Positions 1-12,026 of a stretch of 64,000 nucleotides of DNA are shown here, in pieces. The position numbers and the translations under genes are program-made. Source of the DNA: Eledone cirrhosa (Eukaryota); assembly GCA_964016885.1 (NCBI GenBank), contig OZ024742.1, positions 297,228,001-297,292,000 on the forward strand. The letters run 5' to 3'. The stretch's first letter is position 1; each line of letters opens with the position of its first letter. The notes under the pieces were generated by a model. It was not told where the DNA came from, searched no databases, and saw only the letters and a program-made list of their open reading frames with translations.

Positions 1-384
1 GAAACAGGTTGTACTGGGATACATGTTACCAGTAGCACCAACTGGTGACCTGACATAATATATATATATACACAAACAAACATACACATACATGCCCATA
101 TGGAGATTAATATGAACACACGTACACAGAACGATACGCATACAAACGAACGGCCACTCATACAAATACATACAAACATGTACTCACAAATATATGCATA
201 TACACAGGCACATAAAAACAGCTCTACAAGCAGAACATGCAGATAGTTAAGAGCTACTTACATAACCAGAGTGCCGTGTTTCAGGTTGAGAAGGAGTAGG
301 GGTAGCGTAGGAAGGGGGTAGAGAGGCTATTTTGTCGGGTGGCGTTTAAAAAAAAGGGGGGGGGGTCGTTTTTAGCCATCGGGC

Positions 385-1410
385 ATTAACACTGGCTTAG
401 GGTATTTGAAAGTTGCAAAGTTTTTGTGCATGCAGTTCGGGCAGTGTTCAGAGAGTTTGTTCAGTAGCGTGCCCTTGGCGAATAATATTTCGTAGCTCTC
501 TGCGATACAAAGATCGCAGCACTTGTGTCCTCCGTTGTATTAGCGCGCTTTCTGGAGTATTTTCCATTTAAGCGTGAAGGGGGTAGAGTTCCTTTTGAGG
601 TCCCAAACATAGGAGGTGAGTGTTGTCTGATTTGATTTGTCCGGTCCTCTGAAGGAGTAGGTATGGGCATAAAACCGGGTCTTAAAGTTATTGGATGTCA
701 TGCCGCTGTAAGACTTTTTGTTGTTGCAATCATCGGTGCCTGAGATGACATCGCATTTGTATACGATATCATTTGTCAGGCATTTGTTTTCAAGTGGGCA
801 GGCTTCCTTATTTAGGCAATTACACAAGGCCTCAGTCCGGGTGTTGGGTTCGGAGGTGGTTGGCTTATTTAATTTTTTAGAATTGAGATTGGCTATATTC
901 CTAGCTATTTTCCTAGCTTATTGTATTCTTATTAAAGATCGTGTAGTACCTATGTTGTATGGGGAAGTGTGTGTTCAACAAAGTGAAGAAAATCCTAGCT
1001 ATAGGTGTAGAGACCTCTCTATTGAAGGGAGGGTTGTACCAGCTAATCTGCCTATGCCTATTCCTCCTATGCAATCTTGCGGTGGTTTCTAGGTAGGTTA
1101 TCTTTTCTTTAAATCCGCTGCGGGCGAGGGCGTCATTCTAGTAGGAGGCAGAGGCGTTAAATATGTCTTCATTGGCCGAGAGGCCAGAGATTCTAATAGA
1201 GACGCTTTTTACTAAGTTATCAGTGATGTTTTGGGGGTTGTTAGAATTAACATTAATATATCTAAGGGACTCATTATGTTTGTGGTACGAGTAATAGAAG
1301 AAAGTATCTAGGTCGAGAGTGACATCTCAAAGGTTGGCCCTAGTCATATTAGATTCTATAGTTATACTAAATCCTAGATTAAGGAAGAACGAGCTTAAGT
1401 TTCTCCGAAA
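385..1410 (-). mobile_element. Decayed 5'-truncated Penelope-like element (RT thumb + GIY-YIG endonuclease)
   Basis: ORF 540-827(-) CNC..CPLENKC...IVYKC...YSGMT..FKTRFYAH...W.LK...KWKIL is a PLE GIY-YIG domain, homologous to 8193-8594 and 16140-16757; frameshifted RT-thumb remnants at ~1090-1410; boundaries approximate. Confidence 0.8.
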
Positions 1411-1498
1411 CTAGGGATGCCTGAGAGTGTAGATATGTTGTGATGTTGAGAATAGCTGTTATTGAGTGCTAGTGGAAAGGAGGGGACACGGCAGTAGG

Positions 1499-1541
1499 AG
1501 TGGCCACATTGTACGCCTCAGGTCGGGGCTTCTTCAGCACT
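1499..1541 (-). ncRNA. Degenerate hammerhead-like motif upstream of the PLE fragment
   Basis: Minus strand AGUG-CUGAAGA-A-GCC[loop]GGC-GUAC..CACU; stems I and II are present but the GAAA box reads GUAC. Confidence 0.35.
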
Positions 1542-1914
1542 GTATAATATATATATATATACACTTGTGTTATAGGGCGTTTCCTAATTGGTAGCTGCGA
1601 TAGTATCACTCAAATTAGCAAAAGCTGGGTGTAATAAGTCAAAAACACTCAACGTCATGTGTATCTTCCACTTTTGATGTGATACCACATGGGTAGCCCA
1701 TGATGAACTTAAAAACATTAATAACAAAATACAAAGGCTAGATATTAATAAGTTCGTTTTTTACATAATTATCCATAATATGTATTTCTGTTTTGCAATG
1801 GTTTCATCATAATACCCTGATGCAATCCATGACAATGTTTTCATATAGCCGCTAAGGTAATCCATGTCTAAGGCACTATAACAGATCTGCATTGGTTGTT
1901 ACTGTAAGACAACT

Positions 1915-2085
1915 TCCCTAGTGCTGGTGGCACAAATAAAAGCACCCAGTCCATGCTGTAAAATAGAGGGTGGCGAGGTAGCTGGAGTCCAGTAAGACAA
2001 CCACTCTAGTGCTGGTGGCACAAATAAAGTCATCCAGTCCATGCTGTAAAGTGGTGCTGGTGTTAGGAAGTGCATCCAACCAGTA
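1915..2085 (+). repeat. RTE/SINE 3'-UTR-derived fragment with duplicated ~45-bp subunit
   Basis: ctagtgctggtggcacaaataaa..cagtccatgctgtaaa occurs twice, followed by gtgttaggaagtgcatcca as in the RTE 3' UTR at 23090. Confidence 0.6.
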
Positions 2086-2164
2086 TATAATAATGCCAAA
2101 AATGATGAGCACAACAAATAAGAATTGCAACAACTGCGTAAACAGCAATAACACTAACCATGTT

Positions 2165-5134
2165 AGGGCTGCGCACAGTAGGGGGGGGGGTGTAGCTGAT
2201 ATGGCCATGTGCGAGAACCCCCCGACCGTCGTCAAGCAATCGCACAACAGGAACAAGAACAAGAATATGAAGACGTCAGCGTCAAATCTCAGAGTTGCCA
2301 CACTTAATGTTGGCACTCTAACAGGTAGATCTGGTGAGATGGTGGAGATGCTAGAGAGAAAACAGGTGGATGTGTGCTGTGTGCAAGAGGTGAGATGGAG
2401 AGGGGCTTCTGCAAGGCTAATCGCAGGCAAAAATCTTATTTATAAGCTTTTCTGGGTAGGTAATGATGATGGTGGAGTAGGCATATTACTGGCTGAGGGA
2501 TGGATCGATAAGACAATAGAGGTAGGTAGAATCAGAAATAGAATAATTACGATTAGATTAGGTGTAGGAAAGAGACTACTGACAATCATTTCTACCGATG
2601 CTCGACAGGTGGGCCTAAGTAAAGAAGAGAAAGACTGCTTTTACGAGCAACCTTTAGAAACAGCAACAATAACAGAGGACAGACATCATTATACTAGCAG
2701 GGGACATCAATGGTTATGTTGGACAGCTCCAGGATGGATACACTGGGGTACATGGTGGGCACTGCTATGGCTCAAGAAACGAAAAAGGAGTGAGGCTTCT
2801 TGAATTTTTTGATGCAAGTGCAGAAACCATTTGCAACACTAACTTCAATAAACCTACCAACCACCTAATAACCTACAAATCAGGCGAGCACATCAGCCAG
2901 ATTGACTTCTTGGTAGTTAGGCAGCGAGACAGACAGATGGTGTCAAATACTAAAGCATGCCCCGGGAAAGAATGTACACCATAGCATAGGTTAGTCATTA
3001 GTGACATCTCAATAAGCGAGAGACAAAAATGAGACAAGCAGGAAGGTGTGGAAAAGGAAGGTCTGGAAACTAAAGGACCTTTCACTATAATATAAATTTA
3101 GGAAAGCCTTTCAAGATATGTATGATGAGAAAGAAGACGTTTTAGAATCGTATGACATAGATGATAACTGGAATTTCTGACGCGACAACTTGCTGCAGGC
3201 TACTGAAGAAACTTGTGGCTGGAGCAGATTTCAGACCAGACAGAGAATGACTTGGTGGTGGAACAGCAATGTAGATAGGGCCATTAGAGACAAAAGACTA
3301 GTATGGAACGCTTGGCAAAATGGTGGGAGTAGAGACCGATACACAACTGTTAAGAAAGGAGCTAGACTTCAGGTATACTTAGCACCCACGGAGGCTAAGT
3401 GTAGGAGGTTTGCCAATGTCCTTCAACGGGAAGATCAGAGACGTGCGGTGTTCTGACATGCAAGGGAGTGTGTCAGTGTAAATCAGGGTGTTGTCGGAGA
3501 TAAATGTGTCCGGAATGATGCTGGTGTACTTAGTGTCACTAATGATAAAAAAAGGAGGCCTGGAAATGTCATTATGAGAGACTGATGAATGTGGAGAACG
3601 AATGGGAGAGAGAAAAACTACCCCCAGTAGACCTGACAGAGGGACCAGCTATTGATATTGATGAATATAGGGTCCAAGAGGCAATTAAGGAAATGAAAAA
3701 TGGTAAGGCCGCCTGACCGTCAAGGATAGTTGCTGAAATGCCGAAGGCATCAGGAGAAGTAGGTACTAAACTGGTTGCACACATCATCAATCAAGCTATA
3801 TATGGCAGAGTCATACCTAAAGGCTGGTGCAGCAGTATTCTCATAAATTGTAACAAAGTTAAAGGGAATGCTCTGGAGAGGAGCAATTATAGAGGCATAA
3901 AACTGATGGAACAGGTTATGAAAGTGGCAGAAAGAATATTAGCACGACTAATTAGAGAAAGGGTCAAACTAGATGAGATGCAGTTTGGTTTTCTGGCTGG
4001 GAAAAGTACAACAGATGCTCTCTTCATAGTAAGACAACTACCAGAGAGGTTCTTAGAGAAGAATAAGCCACTACATTTAGCTTTAGTGGACCTAGAGAAG
4101 GCCTTTGATAGGGTACCCCGATCTGTCATCTGGTGGTCCCTATGGAAACTTGGTGTTGAGGAATGGCTTGTGATGACAGTGCAAGCTTTGTACAGAGGTG
4201 CTGTCAGTAAAGTGAGGGTAGGAATGGAGTTTATTGAGGAATTCCAGACACAAGTAGGAGTAAATCAGGGTTCGGTCCTCAGCCCGCTCTTGTTCATTAT
4301 AGTCCCCCAAGCCATAACAGAGGAGTTTAAGACTGGCTGCCAATGGGAACCTCTCTATGCTGATGATCTGGTTCTTATAGTAGAATCAGTAGAGAAGCTA
4401 GCGAATAAATTCTGGCTATGGAAACAGAAGTTGAAATTAAGAGGACTGAGAATCAACCTAGTTAAGACAAAAGTGTTGATAAGTAGAAAAGTGACAAAAC
4501 TCTGATTCCTTCAGGGAAATGGGCATGATCGATATGCAGAAAAGGAAGTGGCATAAATTCTATAAAATGTACATAATGCAGATCTTGGGTATACAAAAGA
4601 TGTAGTGGGATAGCAGGCAAAGTAACAAGTAGGGAAAATACGTATAGGAAAATTAGACAGTAAAAGTCGCAGTGATAGACACATTTTCCAAATACAGATA
4701 CGTTCTATAGAAGTGGTTGATATCTTGCGGTACCTAGGAGATCAGATTAACATGGAAGGGGGTGTTCTGAGACGATTGTATCTAGAATAAGGATGGGTTG
4801 GAAGAAGTTTAGGGATCTAAACTGGGTTGAGAGAGAAACTGTGTATACAAGGAATAACTTGTAGTGTGCGGGAGAGCAGACTGCGTTGGTACGGACATGT
4901 GATGTGCATGGAGGATAACCACTGGGTAAAGAAGGGCCAAGAAATGCCAGTAGAAGGAAGACGCAGTAGAGGAAGAACACGAAAAACATGGGTGGTGGTG
5001 GTGAGAGCGGGCCTCACGGAGGAGATAACAAAGGACCGTGACAAGTGGCGAGATGATGTGCTGAATAGGACCCTCCCACCCTTGCAAGCATGGAAAAGGG
5101 GTCGTAGAATGATGATGATGAATGATGATGAGGA

Positions 5135-5137
<3 letters not shown>
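2165..5137 (+). mobile_element. Decayed RTE-clade LINE (APE + RT), multiple stops/frameshifts
   Basis: APE motifs LRVATLNVGTL, VCCVQEVRW, SQIDF; RT motifs FIVRQL, VDLEKAFDRV, GVNQGSVLSPLLF, LYADDL (3738-4505); RLRWYGHV..GRRSRGR; (GAT)n tail; internal deletion near 4815; 5' end approximate. Confidence 0.9.
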
Positions 5138-5195
<58 letters not shown>

Positions 5196-5507
5196 TAACA
5201 GATTAAAGTTTAAGCAAAGAATCGCTGCTTTCACCCTTAACGGGATCTTCTGAAACTAAAAAAGTCAATCCGTGAACGCGGAAGTAAATATTTCAAAAAA
5301 CGTTGCAACCGATGGAAGACAGGAAGACGATACTTTGGTTCGTGGAAACGTTCCCTGGCAAAGGACGGAAAAAAACGAAGATAATTCGTCATTATTTGGT
5401 GCAATGAAAACAATTACACGCGAAGACAAAACCACGTTTATGGTATAAATGAAGTCGTACACTAATATTCTATTAGGTGGGTCATGGAGACGTTCTCTGG
5501 CAATTAT

Positions 5508-5574
<67 letters not shown>

Positions 5575-6800
5575 AACCAGTAAGACCCCGCCGGCTGAGC
5601 TCAAGCCGTTTCGACGGCTAATTCTGGACTAAATGAAAATTTATCCTAGTATTTAAATAGCCGAGCTTCTCAAGAGGTAATTCCATATATGGTCAAATTG
5701 ATTGTCAAAAGTTAGTAGTAATTCTGTTATGGCAAATTAGTAGGGGAGATGGTGGCTAAACCTGCCAGTAGGAGAAAAAGGGGAGGGTGGGAGTAGACCC
5801 AATCATGCGATGGTAGTGCCGGCTACAGCTGGGAATGAGGTGAAAGAAGATACTGGGGAGGGGGAGGGGGAGTAAGTCGAAACGGTAGGTAGAACAATGA
5901 GGGGTAAAAAAATATATATGAAAGAAAAAAATACTGACAGTGATGAAAAGCGAATAAGTGTAAAGAAAAAAGAATATACAAGCAAGTTCTACGACCTAAG
6001 TCTCTAGCTATTGTTAGGCTAGATAAATAAATAAATAAAGAAAGAAAGAAATAAAGAAAGAAATAAAGAAAGAAAGAAATAAGTAAATAAACTAGGTGGG
6101 ACGGAATAGGAAAGGACCCTTTTAAGAGGTATAAGTACGTAAATCATACGGTGACGGGTCAACAAATGGGGCCAAAATACTAAAGAAACTACCACGAAAT
6201 AAATAATAAACGTTTCTACCCCGGGCACAAGGCCAGCAACCACCCAGTGCAGAAAAGTAAACTAGTACGAGATAATAATTCTGAGTCCCGAAAAAAATAT
6301 ACTAATGCTAACTCTAAATGTACAGCCACGCTACAAAAGTTCTTATACAAGCTACATGAAAGTTGTAGAATACGGAAAAATAAATTCAGAATCCACCCCG
6401 CCCAAAAGAAAAGAGAAGAAAGAAATACTGAAACGAGAAATTAAGGCATAAGTGCCACTAAGAAATATAGAAGGCACGGAAAAAAGGGGGAGCGGTCGGA
6501 AAAGGGGGCAAGTATCCGAGGTCTAACACAGCTGCTATAAAAACGGAGTCCGCCAAATCTATCATAGACTAGGGGTGGGGGGGGGGGGGGGTACTGAGGC
6601 TACAAGGGGCCAAAGGGCAACCTCGGGTGGGCGAGAAAAAGACGCCGACAAAGAAGAACTGGGGTAGAAGGACTAAGGAGGGATGGGGGAAGAAGGAAAT
6701 AAAGGAAGCGATAAAAGAATAAAAAGAAGATCTTACGTCTCCCTTGGCAAGCAGGGGTTACCCATTGCAAAATCGGCAAGTGGGGTGTTATAGCCCTAGT

Positions 6801-7475
6801 CTACCCCCCCCCCCCCCCCGGGTCATTATGGGGTTTGAGGGCGAGGTAAGTCCTACGCAATTTATGTTTACATGCAGTAACCAGTTCATCTTTCTTGTTT
6901 AGGAGTTGGTCGGTCGAAAACAGCATTTGTAAAGTTTCCTCCGAGCATAAATTGCACGGACGGCGTCCTCCCGTGTAAGAGTTGGCTCTGGACAGTAATC
7001 TCCAAGTGAGATCATAGGTGATGTTGTTGTCCTTGAGGTCCCATATGTGGTCCGAAAGTGTAGTGGCGTGACGCCGGGCCGGGTTTCGGAAGGTATGTCT
7101 ATGTTGGTATAGCCGGGTCTTGAAGTCACATGCGGTTAGTCCTATATAAGCTTTGTTGGAGGTGTCCGTCCTCACGTTGCACTGGTAGATCACATTACGG
7201 TCTCTGCATCTATTGTCGAGTGGGCAAATGGATCTATCCGGACAGTTGCACCTCCTGGTCGGCTCTCCACTGCTATTTAGGTTATTTCTTCCATCGGGGT
7301 TGAGTTTTTTGTTGTTGGAGGAGACGATGTTTTGTGCGAAGTTTGGTGTAGTGCTGTAAGAGAGTTTGATGGTATTTTTGTTAATTATGTTGTGGTAACG
7401 GTGTTGTAGTGGGAAGTGTTTTTCAATGAGCCTAAAGAATATTTTCCCGATGGGAGTTGTCGATTGTACCGTGAT
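6801..7475 (-). pseudogene. Inverted copy of the PLE linker + GIY-YIG domain
   Basis: IGKIFFRLIEKHFP...CNC..CPLDNRC..VIYQC..YIGLT..FKTR..CNLC; mirror of 7910-8594. Confidence 0.85.
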
Positions 7476-8594
7476 GATGGGTTCCTTACCCTTAAAGGGT
7501 ACAACCCCAGTAGTACAGATCGGGTCCGGAAACAATTAATCAGCTTCTTCCGCGACTGGGGATTTAAAATAACCCTACAAACGTCCCTGACCCGAGTAAA
7601 CTTCCTGGACGTGACCCTCGACCTCGAAAACGACCTGTACTACCCATACAGGAAACCTAATGACAACCTGCACTACATCCACCGCCGATCAAACCACCCT
7701 AGGAACATCACCAACAACCTGGTCAAAAATATCTCCCTCCGCATATCCCGTTTGTCAGCTAATGAGCGGATATTCGATGAACATGCGCCTTATTACAACC
7801 AGGCCCTCAAGCGGAGTGGTTTACGGGAGGAAATATCCTACTGTCCAGCTCCCATTAGCGGAACCAGCAGGAGACACCGCCGCTCACGCAATGTAACATT
7901 GGAGCCCATAATCACGGTACAATCGACAACTCCCATCGGGAAAATATTCTTTAGGCTCATTGAAAAACACTTCCCACTATAACACCGCTACCACAACATA
8001 ATTAACAAAAATACCATCAAACACTCTTACAGCACTACACCAAACTTCGCACAAAACATCGTCTCCCCCAACAACAAAAAACTCAACCCCGATGGAAGAA
8101 ATAACCTAAATAGCAGTGGAGAGCCGACCAGGAGGTGCAACTGTCCGGATAGATCCATTTGCCCACTCGACAATAGATGCAGAGACCGTAATGTGATCTA
8201 CCAGTGCAACGTGAGGACGGACACCTCCAACAAAGCTTATATAGGACTAACCGCATGTGACTTCAAGACCCGGCTATACCAACATAGACATACCTTCCGA
8301 AACCCGGCCCGGCGTCACGCCACTACACTTTCGGACCACATATGGGACCTCAAGGACAACAACATCACCTATGATCTCACTTGGAGATTACTGTCCAGAG
8401 CCAACTCTTACACGGGAGGACGCCGTCCGTGCAATTTATGCTCGGAGGAAACTTTACAAATGCTGTTTTCGACCGACCAACTCCTAAACAAGAAAGATGA
8501 ACTGGTTACTGCATGTAAACATAAATTGCGTAGGACTTACCTCGCCCTCAAACCCCATAATGACCCGGGGGGGGGGGGTAGACTAGGGCTATAA
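7464..8594 (+). pseudogene. PLE RT C-terminal half + GIY-YIG endonuclease (stop at 7980-7982)
   Basis: ORFs 7416-7982 and 8193-8594 share a frame; TAA here corresponds to CAA (Gln) in the inverted copy 6801-7535(-). Confidence 0.85.
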
Positions 8595-9311
8595 CACCCC
8601 ACTTGCCGATTTTGCAATGGGTAACCCCTGCTTGCCAAGGGAGATGTAAGATCTTCTTTTTATTCTTTTATCGCTTCCTTTATTTCCTTCTTCCCCCATC
8701 CCTCCTTAGTCCTTCTACCCCAGTTCTTCTTCTTTGTCGGCGTCTTTTTCTCGCCCACCCGAGGTTGCCCTTTGGCCCCTTGTAGTCTCAGTACCCCCCC
8801 CCCCCCCCCTAGTCTATGATAGATTTGGCGGACTCCGCTTTTTATAGCAGTTGTGTTAGACCTCGGATACTTGCCCCCTTTTCCGACCGCTCCCCCTTTT
8901 TTCCGTGCCTTCTATATTTCTTAGTGGCACTTATGCCTTAATTTCTCGTTTCAGTATTTCTTTCTTCTCTTTTCTTTTGGGCGGGGTGGATTCTGAATTT
9001 ATTTTTCCGTATTCTACAACTTTCATGTAGCTTGTATAAGAACTTTTGTAGCGTGGCTGTACCTTTAGAGTTAGCATTAGTATATTTTTTTCGGGACTCA
9101 GAATTATTATCTCGTACTAGTTTACTTTTCTGCACTGGGTGGTTGCTGGCCTTGTGCCCGGGGTAGAAACGTTTATTATTTATTTCGTGGTAGTTTCTTT
9201 AGTATTTTGGCCCCATTTGTTGACCCGTCACAGTATGATTTACGTACTTATACCTCTTAAAAGGTCCTTTCCTATTTCGCCCCACCTAGTTTATTTACTT
9301 ATTTCGTTATT

Positions 9312-9377
<66 letters not shown>

Positions 9378-9907
9378 TCTAGCCTAACAATAGCTAGAGA
9401 CTTAGGTCGTAGAACTTGCTTGTATATTCTTTTTTCTTTACACTTATTCGCTTTTCATCACTGTCAGTATTTTTTCTTTCATATATATATTTTTACCCCT
9501 CATTGTTCTACCTACCGTTTCGACTTACTCCCCCTCCCCCCCCCCCAGTATCTTCTTTGACCTCATGCCCAGCTGTAGCCGGCACTACCATCGCATGATT
9601 GGGTCTACTCCCACCCTCCCCTTTTTCTCCTACTGGCAGGTTTAGCCACCATCTCCCCAACTAATTTGCCATCACAGAATTACTACTAACTTTTGACAAT
9701 CGCTTTGACCATATATGGAATTACCCCTTGAGAAGCTCGGCTATTTAAATACCAGGATAAATTTTCATTTAGTCCAGAATTAGCCGTCGAAACGGCTTGA
9801 GCTCAGCCGTCGGGGTCTTACTGGTTCCTATTACCCACTCTACTACCCTAAGTATTGAGTACTTTGGTGCTTTATGGTCCACCTGGTTCCTTACCACATT
9901 TCCTTCG

Positions 9908-9942
<35 letters not shown>

Positions 9943-9945
<3 letters not shown>

Positions 9946-10392
9946 CGTTTCTGAATTTGTTTAGCAAAATTCTTTATCTGAAAACGTGTGTTGAAACCGA
10001 TATTGTTATACTTTGGGAGGGTCATGTTGCCAATAAGAAACACACGCACCAGTTGCTTTCACTTCAATTTATTATAATAAATTTATAAATTTAGGAATTT
10101 ATAAATTTCCGGTTGGTAGGTTAGTTCAACAACCAGATGATTGTTTATATATTGTCAAAGTTCTTTCGTCACACATTCTGTGACCTCTTCAGTGATTGGG
10201 GATTATTTTCTTTGTTTGTGTGCCTCTCCTTTGTTCTGTCCTACGCCATCTTGTTTCTGGTTGTGGAACCAACCTACCAACCGGAAATTTATAAATTCAT
10301 AAATTTATAAATTTATTATAATAAATTGAAGTGAAAGCAACTGGTGCGTGTGTTTCTTATTGGCAACATGACGCTCCCAAAGTATAACAATA
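9943..10392 (-). mobile_element. Short non-coding fold-back derivative of the 11186-14185 PLE family
   Basis: 9943-10260 matches the reverse complement of ~13880-14185; 10258-10392 is an inverted arm; flanked by (TA)n. Confidence 0.85.
10153..10197 (-). ncRNA. Minimal hammerhead ribozyme motif, family B (diverged copy)
   Basis: AAUCA-CUGAAGA-G-GUCAC[agaaugu]GUGAC-GAAA-GAACUU-UGACA; stem I weakened. Confidence 0.6.
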
Positions 10393-10441
10393 TATATATA
10401 TATATATATATAGTTATGTAATAAACAACATAAGGCAATTA

Positions 10442-10502
10442 TTTCATTTACCAGTGGTTTCTTAAAAGCAAACTAATTTTGCTTTCAATCATCAGAATGA
10501 AA
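10442..10502 (-). ncRNA. Type I hammerhead ribozyme motif, family A
   Basis: UUUCAUU-CUGAUGA-11-bp stem II-GAAA-CCACUGG-UA-AAUGAAA. Confidence 0.8.
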
Positions 10503-11325
10503 AAATCCTGGTGTATTTATTGACATTGGATTTTAAAAACAAAAATATAATCTATATGAAAGTGAGGCTGGAAAAGGAAGAAGGAAAGGAAAAATAAACA
10601 CACATGCACACACACACACACAATTACATACACACATATATATACATACACATATATATATATACATAATACACACACACACTTATATATGTATATATAT
10701 ATACATATCCATACATACACATACACACAAATTCACAAACACGCACACCCCCACACACACACATGCATATATATATATATATATACATACATACACACAA
10801 TCATACATATATACACACGTACATACACACACATACATACACACATATTTACACGCATACATACGCATGCACAAATATAGATATATGTACACACACCTAC
10901 ATACGCACACACACAAATAATTATAAGAAAAAATATAATGATAAAAATACCGTCACATAAGAATAAAAATGAATATAAAAATTATTATAAAGTTGACAGC
11001 GATACAGGCAACAAATAAATGAACAAACACACGTGGTAAGCAATACACACAATTGCACATACACATACATACGTAAAAATAAATACATACACACACACAC
11101 TTACACATACATATACATATACACGTAAATACACATACACATATACATACACACACACATATATACATATATATATATATATATATATTGTTATACTCTG
11201 GGAGGGTGATGTTGCCAATAAGAAACACACGCACCAGTTGCTTTCACTTCAATTTATTATAATAAATTTATAAATTTATAAATTTCTAGTTGGTTGGTTC
11301 CACAACCAGATAGTTGTTTATATAT

Positions 11326-11370
11326 AGTCATAGTTCTTTCGTCACACACTCTGTGACCTCTTCAGTGACT
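11326..11370 (-). ncRNA. Minimal hammerhead ribozyme motif, family B
   Basis: Reverse complement of 13937-13981. Confidence 0.75.
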
Positions 11371-12026
11371 GGGTATTCATTTCTTTGTTTCTGTGCCTCT
11401 CCTTTGTTCTGTCCTACGCCATTTTGTTTCTGTGTGTGTGTTGTGTGCTCAGTCTGCGCATGCGCCACATCCGGGTGTCTGTGTGTGTTTATGTTCATTT
11501 ATTTATTTGTTTATTTACATGTTACTGGTTGGTTGTTTGTTCTATGTGTGTGTGTGTTTTCATTTTGTCCTTAATTGTAAGTTGTGATGTTGCTGTTCCA
11601 CTCATATTTTCTATTTAACTTTGGTTGTAATTCTTTTATGTTTATTGCCTCTGTAATTTGTCTAAACATTGCGTCTTTTCTGTGTGTAGATTCTATTTTT
11701 ATTTCTATGTTCTCTAATTTACTCTTGTGTTCTATTTTAGCATGTTGGTAGAGTACAGATGATTCTTTATTATCTTGAAGGTCTCGCCAGTGTTCATTTA
11801 TCCGTTCCCCTACACTACGAGCTGTCTCACCTATGTACACTATATTTTTGTCTCTACATTGTCCTTCAGTACATCTTATGCTATACACTACATTTCTAGT
11901 TTTACAGTTAATATGGGGGCTTATTTTACAGGTTATACATTTCTTATCTATACATGAGGGTCTTTGAAAAGGGTATGTCTTGCTAATAAGTGTTTTTACG
12001 GAGGTACCTGGTCTTTCTACTATCTT

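Larger units (their letters stand above)
5571..9909 (+). mobile_element. Penelope-like element with ~1.9-kb inverted arms (fold-back), 5'-truncated
   Basis: 5571-~7485 is the reverse complement of ~7901-9831; RT motif C LYRDDG, VNFLDVTLDL, SNHP and a GIY-YIG domain; flanked by (TA)n; extra tail 9832-9909 on the right only. Confidence 0.93.

Noticed and set aside
5222-5258. Minus-strand CAGAAGA-UCCC..GGGU-GAAA hammerhead-like motif
   Set aside because: Core is mutated and there is no convincing stem I or cleavage triplet
7416-7535. Start codons of ORFs 7416(+) and 6801-7535(-); likewise 11980(+) and 11571-12164(-)
   Set aside because: These N-termini are read-through across inversion junctions, not real starts
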